Assembly (NCBI GenBank): GCA_977030845.1
Contig: OZ365109.1
Span: 39,618,001-39,682,000, forward strand
DNA: 64,000 nt
Reading direction: 5' to 3'
Source: Fimbriosthenelais zetlandica
Taxonomy: Eukaryota
Notes under the pieces: generated by a model
The model's database searches: none
Told to the model about the DNA's origin: nothing
Seen by the model: only the letters and a program-made list of their open reading frames with translations
Translations under genes and position numbers: made by a program
Shown: piece by piece, positions 1 through 14,009 of the stretch
Position numbering within the stretch: position 1 is the stretch's first letter
How the letters are laid out: each line of letters starts with the position of its first letter

Positions 1-1752
1 AACATTCCATAAATGCCCGTTTACATTAGGAGCCCCTAGCTCGGCCCCCAGACATGCACGAAGAATGGCATGAAACCAATATCAGGTCCTATTTATACAG
101 TGTCGCCAGAACACTTTTAAAACATGTCTTTGAGTCAAATCAGAATAAATTAACAACTTTTACTGATAAAATATCTTACCCATACAGAGTCTAATCTGTT
201 TTTTCATTGACCCCGATTTTCATCAGTTCATTATGTACTTGTAGGCTATCAAAATTATTGCTCAAAATGCAAAAATAATTTCAGGCGATAGTGTAATAAG
301 ATTTCATGACGATTGAGTGTTTCTGACCATAGCTATACCAACGCACATTTACATGTAAAAGATAATTAGATATATCATTAAAATATCCATGAATCTCTTA
401 TTCATGAACATAATTATGATGCACATATAACTAGGATTAGCGACAAAATATATCATGCTATTAGTTTGTTTTAATAATACGAGCCTATTATACAACTTTC
501 GAATTTCTCGAATTAATATGTAAATATAACTTAGGTCTAACAAGCTAACCTTTCTTGACCTACTTTCTATAATATGCCTTCTGTACTCTTTTGATTTGTG
601 ATAATTCTCTTTGAGGAATGCTGTGGAGAAAAGTTGAAGAAGAAAGATATATGATTGGTCATAACAAAATCATTGGAGTACCTGTGAATATGTATCAAAT
701 ATCGTCTTCAAAATCAGATATGATACAGAATTCGTCTGTTATCAATATTACCTTTATCAACATGGCTAGATTCCACTTTACCATTATAAAGCCTATCAGT
801 TAGTAGCTATACATTAAGCTTGAGCCTGGCTAAATATAACAGCACCCACCGGACCCAGTCCCTATAGGGCTTTTGACTGTAAAATGATAAAAGGGCCAGA
901 GCTCTAGTTCTGTTGTCGATGTTTTGCCGTGCTATAAAATAGGCGTGTATGTTTTAGGCCACGGGCCTGGTTACACTTGTGTGTTTAGGGAAGGGTACAG
1001 ATTTATATTACAACACTGTCAAACATGGTAGTAAATCCTCGGTAAATTCCAGGTAGGAAGCTATCAATTGTACTAACTAGGTTATTAAAGGGTCATAAAA
1101 ATTAGCCTAGCCAACAATTAACAACGTCACTACTTAGATTTCTGAAGGCAGTTTGTTCTTGATTTTTTGGTGCTAAGACCTACCTGGTGTTGTACAAGTA
1201 AATCATCAATGGCGAGGGTCAGCGAAGGTACCCTCGTCGAGCGATTGTGTTGTACAAGAAATATTTTTGAAAACAGTCCCTGGACAAAGCCATAACAAGC
1301 AGTTGTCCAAGCACATTTTTCAAGAAAATAGTACTTGAACAAAGCAAACGCTCTACGAGGTTGCCCTTGCCGAGCCTCACCATTGGTTTGTAAGACCCAG
1401 TCCTTCGATTCTCTACCCTTGTTTAATTCTTCATGGGAGAATTTCCCATTATTTTCACTTTTGTCTATCAAGTCTCCATCTTGTTTACAGTTGTAGTGAG
1501 TGACTCAGCTACTGGATCCTTGTCCAATAGCTGTCTAGGAGAGCTGCTCTTATGGGGTCTATGATAATGGCAATAGGTTGTTAGCTTGCCTACCAGTGCC
1601 TTATGTATCCAATCAGCAAGGCTAAGTACCATCCATCTCTCCCCCTCTATATACACACTGTCCTGTCTGTGTATCCATCCATGAAGACTTTAGGTCCACT
1701 ACCCAGATTGTCCATTAATTGCATCGCTATTGGTTGCTATCTACTCAAAGGA

Positions 1753-1990
1753 GGGGAGTTAGCTCAGTTGGTTAGAGCGCCAGCTCACACAGAGTGGTTG
1801 ACCAATGATCGAAGGGTCGGTGTTTCAATCCCCCGAGCTGTCCAAGGCCCAATGCCTCCCTCCTCAGGGTTGTACATATGTTCTAGAGCACATGCACCTA
1901 GAAATATCCATTGCTCAGAAGGCAATGTAGTACTGCTGCACATAGAAAGAGCCCCCAGCTGAAAATCATACGAGAAACCTAATTTGCATT
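1753..1990 (+). mobile_element. tRNA-derived SINE (family 1); 3' boundary approximate
   Basis: A-box TAGCTCAGTTGGTTAGAGC and degenerate B-box GTTTCAATCC with extra sequence between them, so it is not a foldable tRNA. Confidence 0.6.
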
Positions 1991-2019
1991 AAAATGGACC
2001 AGATTCATACTATAGAAGG

Positions 2020-2460
2020 CTGGACCCAATCTGCAGGAGACTGGACATAATTTGCAGCAATTTGGACATTATGCAAAAGGCCGAACTGTATTTCTGCAGG
2101 AAAATGAACCCAACCTGCAGGAATATTGATCAGACTCGTAGGATGCTGCAGGAGACTGGATCCGCTCTGCAGGGAACTAAACCCAATCTGCCAGAGTCTT
2201 GACCCAATCTACAAGGGGATGGAAACAATGTTTAGGTTATCTGACGATCTATGGGAAGCTGAACCCAATCTGCAGGAGTCTGGATCCAATCTGGAGTAGT
2301 TTAGACTGGAGTTGTCCGGACAATCTGCAGGAGGCTGGACCCAATCTACCGAGTTCTGGTCACAATCTATACAGTAGTCTGGGCCCCAATTGCAGCAGTC
2401 TGGACACAACGTGCAAGGGGCTGGTCCCAATGCTATGAGCCAGTGACTTGACCAAATCCA
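2020..2460 (-). repeat. Degenerate array of the same 21-bp minisatellite, inverted
   Basis: Recurrent ggacccaatctgcagga units. Confidence 0.75.
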
Positions 2461-2654
2461 TTTAGGACTGGTCTAAAAGGACTAGTCTTTTTATTTCCCT
2501 TGGCCATTTTTAAAATTAAATCTCCAGCTGCAATAGGGAACTACAGTTCCAAATACAATCTAATGAACAACTGGGATAGTGGGGCATTGCCTGAACGATG
2601 CTATTATGAAAAGCAGTCCTTGGTTGCTTCCTCCAGTGGTGCTACTGCTGAGCG

Positions 2655-2752
2655 GTGGTGGTGGTGGTGGTGGTGGGGTGGTTCCAGCCAGTGGTGCTTG
2701 GTTGGTGGTGCTAGGACCAGAGAGGGTGCCGATGGTGGTGGTGGTGGTGGTA
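2655..2752. repeat. Two (GGT)n microsatellite tracts
   Basis: Directly visible; they explain the poly-W, poly-G and poly-V ORFs. Confidence 0.9.
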
Positions 2753-5476
2753 GTCCAAGAATCCATGCAACAAAGGCATTTCAGCTACCCATCCGACAAC
2801 AACCACCACCCAACTACTAACCCCTTATACCTACACATGGCCCTGTCTCCACCCAGCTTCCTTATACATAGTGCATTATCACATCTCACATGCCGTTACC
2901 ATGGCAATACCAGGAGACACTGACCCTACCACAACCCTTACATAGAGGGTCTGGCTAGTTGTGAGAACCTTGCATATACAGTCTTAGTGTCCGGTAAGGA
3001 CATTGGGTCCACACACTTCAACCCTGAGTTTGTGGATATCCCCTGGAAAAATAACACTAATGGATCAATGTAGGTATCAGTTTACACTAGGGTGTGCTTA
3101 ACCATAGGGAATATTACCACGATTGGCGCTATAGGATTTCAGGGCTGCAAGGCTTTTAAAAGATCAGCCAGCCATCAATGGATCCACACATTCACAGGGC
3201 ATGATTTATTATCACTGTGGAGGAAATATCCATACTTGAGAGACCCTGTCTGCATACCCCAGGAGCTCATTCTGAACTGGGTCCCTACGTAATTGGGGGA
3301 TTTATGCTGGAAAGGTTCCAATCAGTGCTTTCTTCCCGATCCCTAGGAGCAAAGGTTAACTTGGTTATGGATAATCAGGGCAAAGCGATTGCCCTCTGTG
3401 TTGTGTTTATCCCATGCTTATGGCTATGGAGAATACATTTAATAGGAAGACGCTTGGAATATGCACACTGAACATATTTGTCACCTGAAGTGGATGTGCA
3501 GTCTCTGGGAAGGAAACTGTCTGTTCAGCCTTGATTTTGATCCTTTTTATTGTCTGTCAACGTCTTGTGCTGAGGAAAATAGACGATAGATCAATTCTAA
3601 ATTTCGGATTGCACAAGATTCGGATAGTATTGAATGCAAGGAAGTCAATACCAACTCAGTTTTAAAATGCTAAGTTGCTTTGAACTCCTATGATTTTCTT
3701 GTATTGATTACTCTGAACCTAAGAAGCAATTGTTGAGCTTATATTTCCTGGCCGGAAATCGCTAGTAATCGCACATGGTATGCTGTATTTTACTTCAGCC
3801 ATGATGCGTGATATTGCGATGTGTGATATCGTAGCTCGCATGCATGCTCTACCATGTAAAATAATCATGGTAATGAATCATGCATCATGAATCGATCTTG
3901 ATTCGTTCTGACAGTCATTCTATGGGAACGTACCAAGCCATTCTGTTATGAGAAATAATTGGCAATTTTGAGCATTTCCGACTCCAATACGGTGTCGAAC
4001 TTGTACGGGTTGTTGCATATGTAACATAAACCCTTTAAGGACTATATAAGAAACAGAAAGCAAGAACAGGATATGTGTTTAAATTAAAGCCAATGGAAGC
4101 GATGTTTGAAATGGGTTTGATGGCCTACAAACTTTGAAACGGGATCTGCATTTAAACCCTGTAAACCGAGTTTTAAAAGGTTCGGATGGGTTGAATTGAA
4201 TGTCACTGATGCATTGAAACACTTGACCTCTTGTTTAGCAATGTGAATCTATTGAATCAGACATTGAGTGATGCATAATTCATTGCAAGAGTAAGAACAA
4301 ACAGTAGGGCCAATGTAAATATCAACCTGGTCTGTATTTGAACCAGGCTTCAATGATCTATATGGGCCATGAAGGTTGGAGATTTACAAAGAAATGAAAT
4401 GTTGTTTGTAATGATTTGGAATGTGCAAATTCTTTCGAGACAGAGAGATTGAAATATCCATCTTGCAGTGACATTTTCTTAGGCCAGTTCAACCAATTCC
4501 TACCTTAGAAGAAATTGACAGTATTTCCTTGAAAACCTTTACGAAAATGGAGTCAATTAAGCTAGAAAATACCACTTGGTTATCCTCTAGACTTGCTTAC
4601 TTCTCTATTTCTTTCACCCTGGAAGTTGGTTGTCACATAAGATGTTTGTTTGAAACCTGAAACACTGACATACCTGGCTTTCAAACTTTACTAAAGTGTT
4701 CATAAAAACAATCGCCAATCTTTATCAGGTGCAAGAATGCTGCACATAAAAGTGCAGCAACTCATAATAACAGGTATTATAAAAGCGACGCTCAGTGTGA
4801 TAAAAATATCCGAGTAAATGCTTTTAAAAACTAAAGAAAATCTTAAATGGAGGAAAATGGCTCTTGGTGTGTTCCTTGAACTAACAAAAGCTTTGTCAAG
4901 GAGCTTTGTATGGTGTGAGACATGTAGCTCGGAGAACCATAATGACCGCCAGCGCTAAATGTAAAGAATGCCTGGCACCATTTACGCTTCTCTCCAACAG
5001 ACAAGGATTAAATTCTCATCAGAGGAAAGAAAATAATCCCATAGAGGAGCTCTATAATGGGATTGTGCTTTGTAGCCTAGTACAACATGGTGTCAAATAT
5101 TATGTATTTGCAATTGTTTCTATCAAACATCGAACAATTTTGAATTTAATTCGATTTTTGAGTAATATTTTACACTCAAACTGTCTGTTATTTTATAAAT
5201 AATAGGATAGATGTGCAAATATAAATGAGACAGACTCAAGCAAAATGAATTATATAGGAAAATGGATTGCAATTCTTGCCGTATTAAATAACACTGCCAA
5301 TATGTATGAAACAACCCATGATATTCTACTTAATAATCGCCCTATCAAGGAATCTATCATTAGCTGTTCATATGATAAAGGTGCCAAAACATCCAGCCTG
5401 GAATCATAATCAATATCAGGATGTGTAGATTTTATAATAATATGAATATCAAACAGTGCCAACATGTGAAGTAGCC

Positions 5477-5665
5477 ATGTTTCACCGTAATAAACAGAAG
5501 GCTATAGGACGGACGCCTAGTTTAGAGGAAGCCTTCTTCTCACCATTACGGATAGCTTACGGTACGGGGCTGGACAGTTCTAGTTTTGACAGCGGAGGGG
5601 AGGACGTAACGAGTGTTGATAACCTATCATTGATTCCCGACTCCCCAGCCTACAGGAGAATAGAG
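5477..5665 (+). CDS. MCTP: Candidate first coding exon A of MCTP (MFHRNKQK...DSPAYRRIE, 63 aa)
   Basis: gtagccATG start context, in-frame upstream TAA at 5438, protein-like composition, phase-0 donor GAG|GTGGGC matching the phase-0 acceptor at 16673. Confidence 0.6.
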
Positions 5666-8600
5666 GTGGGCATCATAACATCTTACACCATAAAGCCTGA
5701 AGCACACTAATCCCATTCTCTATCTGGCTCCTCCAGATAGCTGTCCGAAATTATATGTCTATTCACACCAAATGCTTGTAATTTTAACAGTTCGTTACAC
5801 CTAGGTAAGGCTAACCACTGACACAATTTCGATCATTGGATGCCATTGAAAATGGGGGTTTGGATGGCGACGGATTAGTGTGTTCCAGGCTTAATGCTGT
5901 AATCTATGGACGGGTTGATCAAGGAGGTCCCTGATCAAAATCCCCAAGGATTCCTTAAATTTATCATTGTCCTTCTGCTCCCAGTGCTGTGGGTTATCTA
6001 AGTCCAGCCATGTCCCCCACGGTCTATGGTGAGAGTCATGTAAAAGGCCAGCCATGTCCCCCACGGTCTATGGTGAGAGTCATGTAAAAGGCCGGCCATG
6101 TCTCTGTTGTGAGAAGCATGACAAAGAATCATACAGCTGTCTATCAATAACTAAAGACCATAGGGCCAACGGTGTGCTTCCTCCTTGCAACATGACACTG
6201 TCGGTTACTCTGACAAAACAATCATCCTCCATTTTGTATGAAGTAGCTAGATTGTTCATACCAAGCAGATTAGCTGCTGCTCTTCTGAGGCCTACTTGTC
6301 ATTCAGACAGTCTGGAATGTTTTTCTGTTTTGTATATTATGACTTCTTCCCTTTTCCCATTCTTTCTCTTACTCGTCTATTCTGTATTCAGTCTGCTAGG
6401 CCCGCTGAGCCCCGAGCTGTCGTTCCGTCAATCTCACTCTTGCCCCCTTGATGCCCGCTTAATCATCTTTGGGAGTAATATTTCACCATGGCCATCCAGA
6501 CATTCTTATTGACATATGCAGATATAGAGGGCGGGCGAGTCGCCAATCTCAGTGCAACAAGCTAATAGGCCGTGTATTAAAAGTGGCTCTATCACCGAAA
6601 TTTATGTCTGCTCCACAGCTTTTATTTTTGGCAAAACTGTCGGTGTGACTGCATTCTACGCTCTGATTCTAGGATCTATTTGATAAATGCCGAAACTAGA
6701 GTTTGTATCAGATTCAGAATGTGCAAATCTATAATGTTAAACTCGCATATACCGGTATAGCATGGGCAATCATTGTCTATTGACGATAGAGCCACGAGTG
6801 TTGCACGAGTAATCCTATCTAGAAGTCAGCCATTACCAACTAAGGGAGGAGGCCATTCAAGTCCTAAGCCCCTGAGACATCTTAGGACGTTCCTAATGAC
6901 GCTTTCTGGAGCATCCGAAGGGGCAGTCCATTGAGGCCTATTTAAAGTATATACTTGCTGTCTTTTAGAGACTTTTGTTGGCTCCTCTCGGGAGCTTACT
7001 TTATGTCGCTAGTTTCTTTCACTGTTAAATGGGCCTTCCTTCGCCGCTTCCCATTTATACTGTCAAAAAACGCCTTCACAGTCTAATCACCATAATTAAT
7101 TTAATATAAATTAATTTCTGTATTTCAACTTCAATTCAGTTGCATATTCCTGAAGGGAAAAAAACGCAGATGGTTCCAATGAATGGTGGGGGGAATGGGA
7201 GAGAAGAGAAAGGATTCAAAGCCGGGACTGTACGGCTCCGATTTGCTTGCAACACCTCAGCTGCGACAAAGGTGATGTTTGTGTTTCAATGACAAATTTA
7301 CCCTTTGAGGATGGCCTTGGACACTAGGATCACAATATTAATTTTGTCCTACACATGCCTCACCTTTGTCGCAGTAGTGTCGGAAGCACAATCGCAGCAG
7401 TGGAGTACGACCTTAAGTAAAGAGGGCCTTCTGCTCTGATGCTCTCCATGACAACTCAGTGTGACCAATCACTAAAAGCCTTCTACTGTCATGAGGGTCA
7501 ATGGGGTCCATGGACAGATGTAACACCCTCGGCTACATAAACAATGGGGGTCAAAGAGGGCACACCAAACTGTCTGGTGGACTGAGTGTTTCTCTTTGTG
7601 ACCATGATTAAAGCACTCTCTCTTGTAGTTGTGTCGCACAACAAGTGCCGGAAGAATTTTGCGGATTCATGTTCTTACTTTGATCCTTGGAGTTGAAAAC
7701 TTTGATGGCTGTTTGAAGTTTGCAGATGCTAAAACAGTCCAGAAAATAGCTAGTGCCTTTTGTGCTTTTTCATAAATGTAATGCATAATAGGCTATGAAG
7801 ATCTTTGAAAATTTCAGAGATGTCTTCCGAAATTATAACACCTTTATTAATTTAATTGTATATATCAACTTATAGGTTTCAGGGCCAAAAAGGTAAAAAA
7901 AAAAACAAAAAAAAACCCCAAACCCCCACAAACAGGCGTTTTCCTGCAGTGTTTCTTAATAATTCCTTATGTGATGTTTTAGATACAATAGCCTTGTCTT
8001 TCTCATAACTAATTTCTAAACCAGTACTATCCTACTGGAAACATGGAAAGGAATTGTCATTGTGAGCTATCCGATCTATTGCCGGGTAGATTTGATGCAT
8101 CACCACGTCTCTACGTGACTCCCCTATTGCATTGAAATGATGAAACCAAGCCACAGGATCGGGACTTCTAATCGATTTAAAAAATGGAGAAGCCGTGGCT
8201 AGAATTTCATTATAACAGGCATGGCTCAACCATAATCCCTTAAATCCTCCCATTCAGAATATTGCAACTTAAAAATGTTTGCTGTGTCCCTCTTCAATCA
8301 AGGAGGGAGTTTAGTGCTAATACCCATGGAATCAACAAATAGTGTCACTGTCAATTTATTCCCTGACTTTAGTCACACGGCATGTGGCAAATTTGCCACC
8401 CACCCTTTGCTATATAATATACCAATATAGCCACATGCTATATCTCATACTATACCATCCTATTGCCCTGCAGAATGATGCTGAAAATGAAGAAGAATCG
8501 TTAAAAAAATGACCTTCTGCAGAATAAAATAAGGTCACAATTAACGGTTGGAAAAAAGTATGGATTGAGATCCACTGTATTTGACAGTGTGTGCCAGGAT

Positions 8601-11600
8601 TAATAATTAATGGATTAAATTTTGTGGACTGGTTCGAATATTACCTACTTACATTCGTTGTCAACCTCCGTTGTCCTCTTCAAAATTCCAAACCCGTCTA
8701 CAAGATTGTAAAACCATTGAACACGTCAAATTCATTAAAATGCCAGTGGTCTTCCCTCAGCCGAGATGTGTGTTAAGAAATATGGTGTTCAGCTTAATCA
8801 GGTAACATTAAGGATGGATTTCTCCAAGCTGGTCAATCCAAATGACTATTGAATTCCAAACTACTTTACTTCCCTACTGTTAACAAGGAGTTACACATCC
8901 CGAAATTATTCATACCCAACAGTACTTATCCCAAGTCAGGGGGAAGTTCACAATGCAATTAAATTAGATTTTTTTTTACCTGCAAAGCTAATTCAGAATA
9001 CTTATGTGAATTAAACAGAAATGTATTTATATCTTAAATGATGCCAACTCTGAACTTTCACGATATTTGACAAGGGTAGGCGTTATTTTATTTGTGGATC
9101 ACAGCATTAAAGCCTCCGCTGCGATTTTGCTTGCGACACTACTGTGACAAAATGTGGTCGAAGTATCCAAGGCCTTCATGCCGTCTTCCACTGGTACATT
9201 TTTCATTGCTACACAAGTATCACCTTTGTCGCAATTGTGTCGCAAACAAAATCGCAGCAGTGGAGTCCCGGCTTTAAGGCCAGCCATTTACCATTGCCGA
9301 GGCACTGGTTGTAAATGACATCATTTCTATGATTAGCCGCCACGCCTTCCCTGCCCAGTGTTTTTGTTGTTGTTACTATTTTACCGAGTTAGTGGGCAGA
9401 GTGGTATTATTAGACCTTTCAGGAATTAACACGGAGCTGCTGAGGGGGGCTGCTTGTTCACGGACCCCCTATTGTTACTTTTAATTTTGCAATTCAGATT
9501 GTAAATTGAAAATGCGGGTTGCTATTCGGATTGCTGTTGCAATTGGCTACAGATTGCATTTTCCAGTTCAGATTGTATTTTACCATAAATATCAGATTAC
9601 GCTTTGCCATTCTGATTGCCTTTAATCCAACCTGCTCACTTTCTTGGATTGGATTAAACTTTTTCTTGAAGCTGATAACATCCAATGCCTTTAAATTTGG
9701 TTAAACGTTCAATGGATAATTAGGTCAGTGGGTCGTGCAGTTTCCCCTGTCTTATTGATCCATGAAAGTCAAATTAAATAAAACTTAAAAATAGATTATT
9801 TGCAAACCCATGAATTAAGGTAAGGTCTGATAAGGAACTGGTTTAATCCAGATAGGGTAGACTTAGACCTTTGCTCGATTCTTGCCCAGATGGATAAATT
9901 TAACTTCAGCTCCAGCGGAAGATTTTGCCACTTAATTTAATAGGCAATGGAGGATGAATGATTTCCCTGGCAACTTGACCACTTCTTATACTGGAATGTT
10001 GGTAATTCAATTTGTTAGACTCAAAGGACCACAATATTTTGCATGCAAAATTACCAAAGTAGGTGAATTGCTGACAGAAAACCAAAAATCAACTATATAT
10101 TTTAAGTCGATGCATATCCAGACAATTTCTAAATTCCTAATGTCCGGACGTAGACTTTAGTTGACATGCGAAATATTTGCTTTGAAATGGAAGCATGAGG
10201 GTGTGGGGAATAGCCCCCCCCCCCCCCCGTTAAATTACAGGCCTACCTTACATCCTGGCTTCCAGGTCTCACATGGCCTTCCTCCTCCTACTCAGGCCAG
10301 TCAGCATCATGGATTAATCACTAATCCACCCACCTTAATCCCACCATTATAAACACCTCATCATCTCCTGGCCACTCCTAACCCTGGAGGAGACAGTCAG
10401 GGTCCTGTCTGACCCAGGAGGACCTGACCTTATCTATAATACACCTTACTACAGGCTGAAGGACCAGTCCCAACCTATACACTGGAGATTTGATATCAAG
10501 GAGTCACCACTACCCACCAAGCTCCTGGGTTAAAGCCCAGTATCTATCTAATCCATCTATATACCAATATTATATTGTCATCCGACCATATAGCCCACCA
10601 CCCCCTTCACCCTGGATCCTACCCCGGCGGTCCATCCAATTTCAAACTCCCCAGCCAGTTCAGAACAACCCGGGACTCCTTCCAATGAGCCACATATACA
10701 GGAATGGATCTGGTTTTCGCTGACCAAGCTCATTCTATACATCAGTCATGACTTTAGAGTGTCTATGGAGGCTTTGGGTCCCTCGGCTTGTAGCCCTGGG
10801 GAAAACAGACGACCCGGCGGTTCCAAAGTTGGGACGTGAGAAGAAACGCCGGAGACGTTCAGGCTCAGGACGTCACCGACGTCGCAGACAAGGTCATGAC
10901 CCCTGCGCCTTAACACATCAAATCTCGCTAGACAAGAGTTGTCTGAATTCGGTGAGCAGTCTGTGATCACTTGTGTAAATATAGGACCACCTCAAGGGGG
11001 AAGAGGGCAAGATTAGGTCTACTGTTGATCGATAGGTTGTTGGTTCTGGGGATTGTCACAATGATTTGTCAGTCATAGAAAGAGCTCACAGAGAATGAAT
11101 TGTTCTTAAGATTTAAACAGTTTTGCAAAAGAACTATTCAGTTTTTTTAAAGCCTTTGCTCTGATTATATCAATTTCTCAGGCCAGTTTATTATAATACC
11201 AGGCGATTTTCAGTGGATGTCAGTCTGCAGACAAGCCTCATGCTTGTGTCAAAATGAATTTTTTATATCATATTTTTCATTAGGACACCTTGATCATTTT
11301 TGTCGCAGTAACCTCGCAAGCTAAATTGCAGCAGTGGAGTCTATACTTGGTCAGAAGATTCATAGCTGTGCTGTCTGTAAGTAGTCTTCAGTTTCTGAGG
11401 CAGAAAGACTGCATGACTAACTGAGAGTAGGAACAAGTGACCTATTCTCAGAACGTGTAGCCAGATCAGAACAAAAATGGTGCAGCATCAGCAGGTAGTC
11501 CTATAAAACGCTTGAAACGTAGCTTTTTATGGTCTCAGTCGCTATGAATATCTCCTTAGTCGCTGGCATGGCTTAAAATTAAAACAAAAGGAGTGATGTA

Positions 11601-13967
11601 TCTACAATGGAGGGTGAGGCTATGTAGGCTAGGTGTTGTACAAGAAAATCATCGTTGGCGAGGGTCGGCAATGGTGACTTCGTCGAGCAATTGCATTGCA
11701 CACGCAATATTTTTTAGAAAACAGTGCTTGGAAAATGTACTAACAATTAATTTTCCAAACACTTTTTTCAAGAAAACAGTGCTTGAACAAAGTAAACGCT
11801 CGACGAGGTTGCCCTCGCCAACCCTCGCCATTGGCGAGGTTCCTTGTACAAAGTGGGGTCAGTCTGAAGATCCAGAGCTAAATTGTGTGCTGACTGTAAG
11901 TTTCTGAAGCAGAAAGACTGATGTAGATGGCTAAAAGACATGCGTATGATTCATTGCTGTCCGGAGGTAGCTGTAGATGATAACAGGGCATCTTTAAGCA
12001 TGCAGATCTGCTGACACAGCAAGATAAGATAAGATCCCATACTCCTTTAACACTTTGATCAACGTGTGATTCCTTCCCAGCCCCAGGTATTTTTATATCT
12101 ATATATGGGTCTTTGATCTTATACCGGTCTGAAATGTCTTGATCCATGTTCTAGATCGTTTAAATTAAACTTAATCAATAATAATTTTTATTTCATATAT
12201 TTTATGTCATATATGATATCAATCATCTATTTTGGACGGTAGTGTGCAGTAGACTATTAAAGTATGAGGCGTAGTTTTGATTAGTAAGTTGCACAATCAT
12301 TATTTAGCTCAGTATATACTAAAACAAAGAAAGAGCTTGAGAGAGAAATAAAGAGCTAAGAAGGAAAAGGAGAAAGAAAGAAAAAATATAGAAATGTAGG
12401 TCATACTAAAAACCCTAATCACTAACAACATTTTATGCTCAATAATAATCATTATTATATAATTTTCTTAATACTTCATAACATAAGATTATTTCTTACA
12501 CGTACCTTGGGTATAGCAGAACAGTATAAATCGCCCTTGGCATCGCCAATATGAGCTATTCAGGAACATATGGCGGCTATGCCTGGCTATTTCTATGATA
12601 TCCGGACCTTCTGTGAGGGGCATTTACCTTGAGCATTACGAGACTGGAGAGATTGCTTCTCTTTAACTCTCTGCCCCCTGTACTGATAGGCATGAAGGCT
12701 GGAGATAAGAGTTAACTGTACAGGGGAGCTAGTTCTGACCCATACATGCCATAACCGGCCTCCTGAGATTAATGTCAGGCTACTAAACACTGATTCATTC
12801 TAACCAGTGCTTGACCATTACATCTGTTTATCTGCTTCAAGATATTTTAAGGAAAATATACAGTCAATTCCGAAAATATTCAAACTTTGTCAATTTGATA
12901 GAAAGTTTATAATACAGTTTTAAATAGAGCATCTTTCTGGTATAAGTCGCAGGAGAATTCTGAATTCAACTCTTTAAATATTTTATTCTTGGTGTGGAAA
13001 TTTAAGGTGATGCATAATCCCACTAGTTGACACTCGAGAATTTTCAAGCGAACAGTGTGCAGAATCCGGCAAGCTGATCCTTTGTCATAGTTTGTGGCTA
13101 AAAGAATAATATGGTATAGATCTATCTGATATGCTTGGATAATGTTTGCATTGGTCTCATTCCATCTAAAAAGAGCATTGGTCTCACTGTCACAAGTAGG
13201 CACCGTCATGATATAACTGAAAAATTGTTGAAAGTGACGTTAAACCCCAATTCAATCAATCAATCAACTTCTATTCCATCTACATTTTTCTCATAATTAC
13301 CATATTCTGGATTTACTACTCACTGCCTATCATTTATCTTGTCTTCTGTCTCATCCACCCACACCCTAATATATTCAACATTATCTCATCAAAACATTTC
13401 AAAGTTACAAAAGTTTTTCTTTTGGAAAGTGGCTTACTTCAAGGGAACCAGATGGGACCCAATTTAAAACTACGCATCTCATAACTCCCATTCTTCTGGG
13501 GATTCAGCCATTTGCCAGCTGTGGTTCTGTATCATTCTTAGAAGGCAAACACTCCGATATGACAATGTCAAAGGGAATTATTTTCACTGTAAACTATCAA
13601 TACCCACTGCCTGAGCTAGATTAATTTTTGTAATTTTCTTTGCTTTGGTGGACAACAACCATGTTTTCTTCAGTTTCTTCAGTCTTGATGAAGGATTCAT
13701 ATTAGGGAAGGACATAGCTCTATCCTCTCATCTTCTTCTCTCTCGCCCTCTCCATTCTGTCCCTCCTCGCTCTCTCCCTCTTCTCTCTGTCGGTCTCTCT
13801 GTGTTGGGGTGTCTATGTCACTGTTTCTCCCACTCTCTCCCTCTTCTCTCTCTCTCCCTCCCTCTCGCTCGCTCTCTCTCCCTCTCTCGGTCTCTCTCTC
13901 TCTCACGCTCTCGCTCTCTCCCTCTCGCTCCCTCCCTCTCTCGCTGCCTCCCTCTCTCGCTGCCTCC

Positions 13968-14009
<42 letters not shown>

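Noticed and set aside
1753-1834. tRNA-like sequence
   Set aside because: It has extra sequence between the A and B boxes, a degenerate T-loop and no acceptor-stem pairing, so it is a SINE head rather than a tRNA gene.
5791-5810. ttttaacag|TTCGTTACACCTAG|gtaagg, a 14-nt exon or AG|GT recursive site
   Set aside because: 14 nt breaks the frame in a phase-0 intron, and recursive splicing 140 nt from the donor cannot be supported from sequence alone.
6054-6512. 152-aa ORF, the longest in the track
   Set aside because: No recognisable domain, it starts inside a tandem duplication, and its splice-like sites do not match MCTP phases.
8476-8514. ccctgcag|AATGATGCTGAAAATGAAGAAGAA..., an acidic exon-like stretch
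   Set aside because: No in-frame GT donor occurs before the TGA stop.
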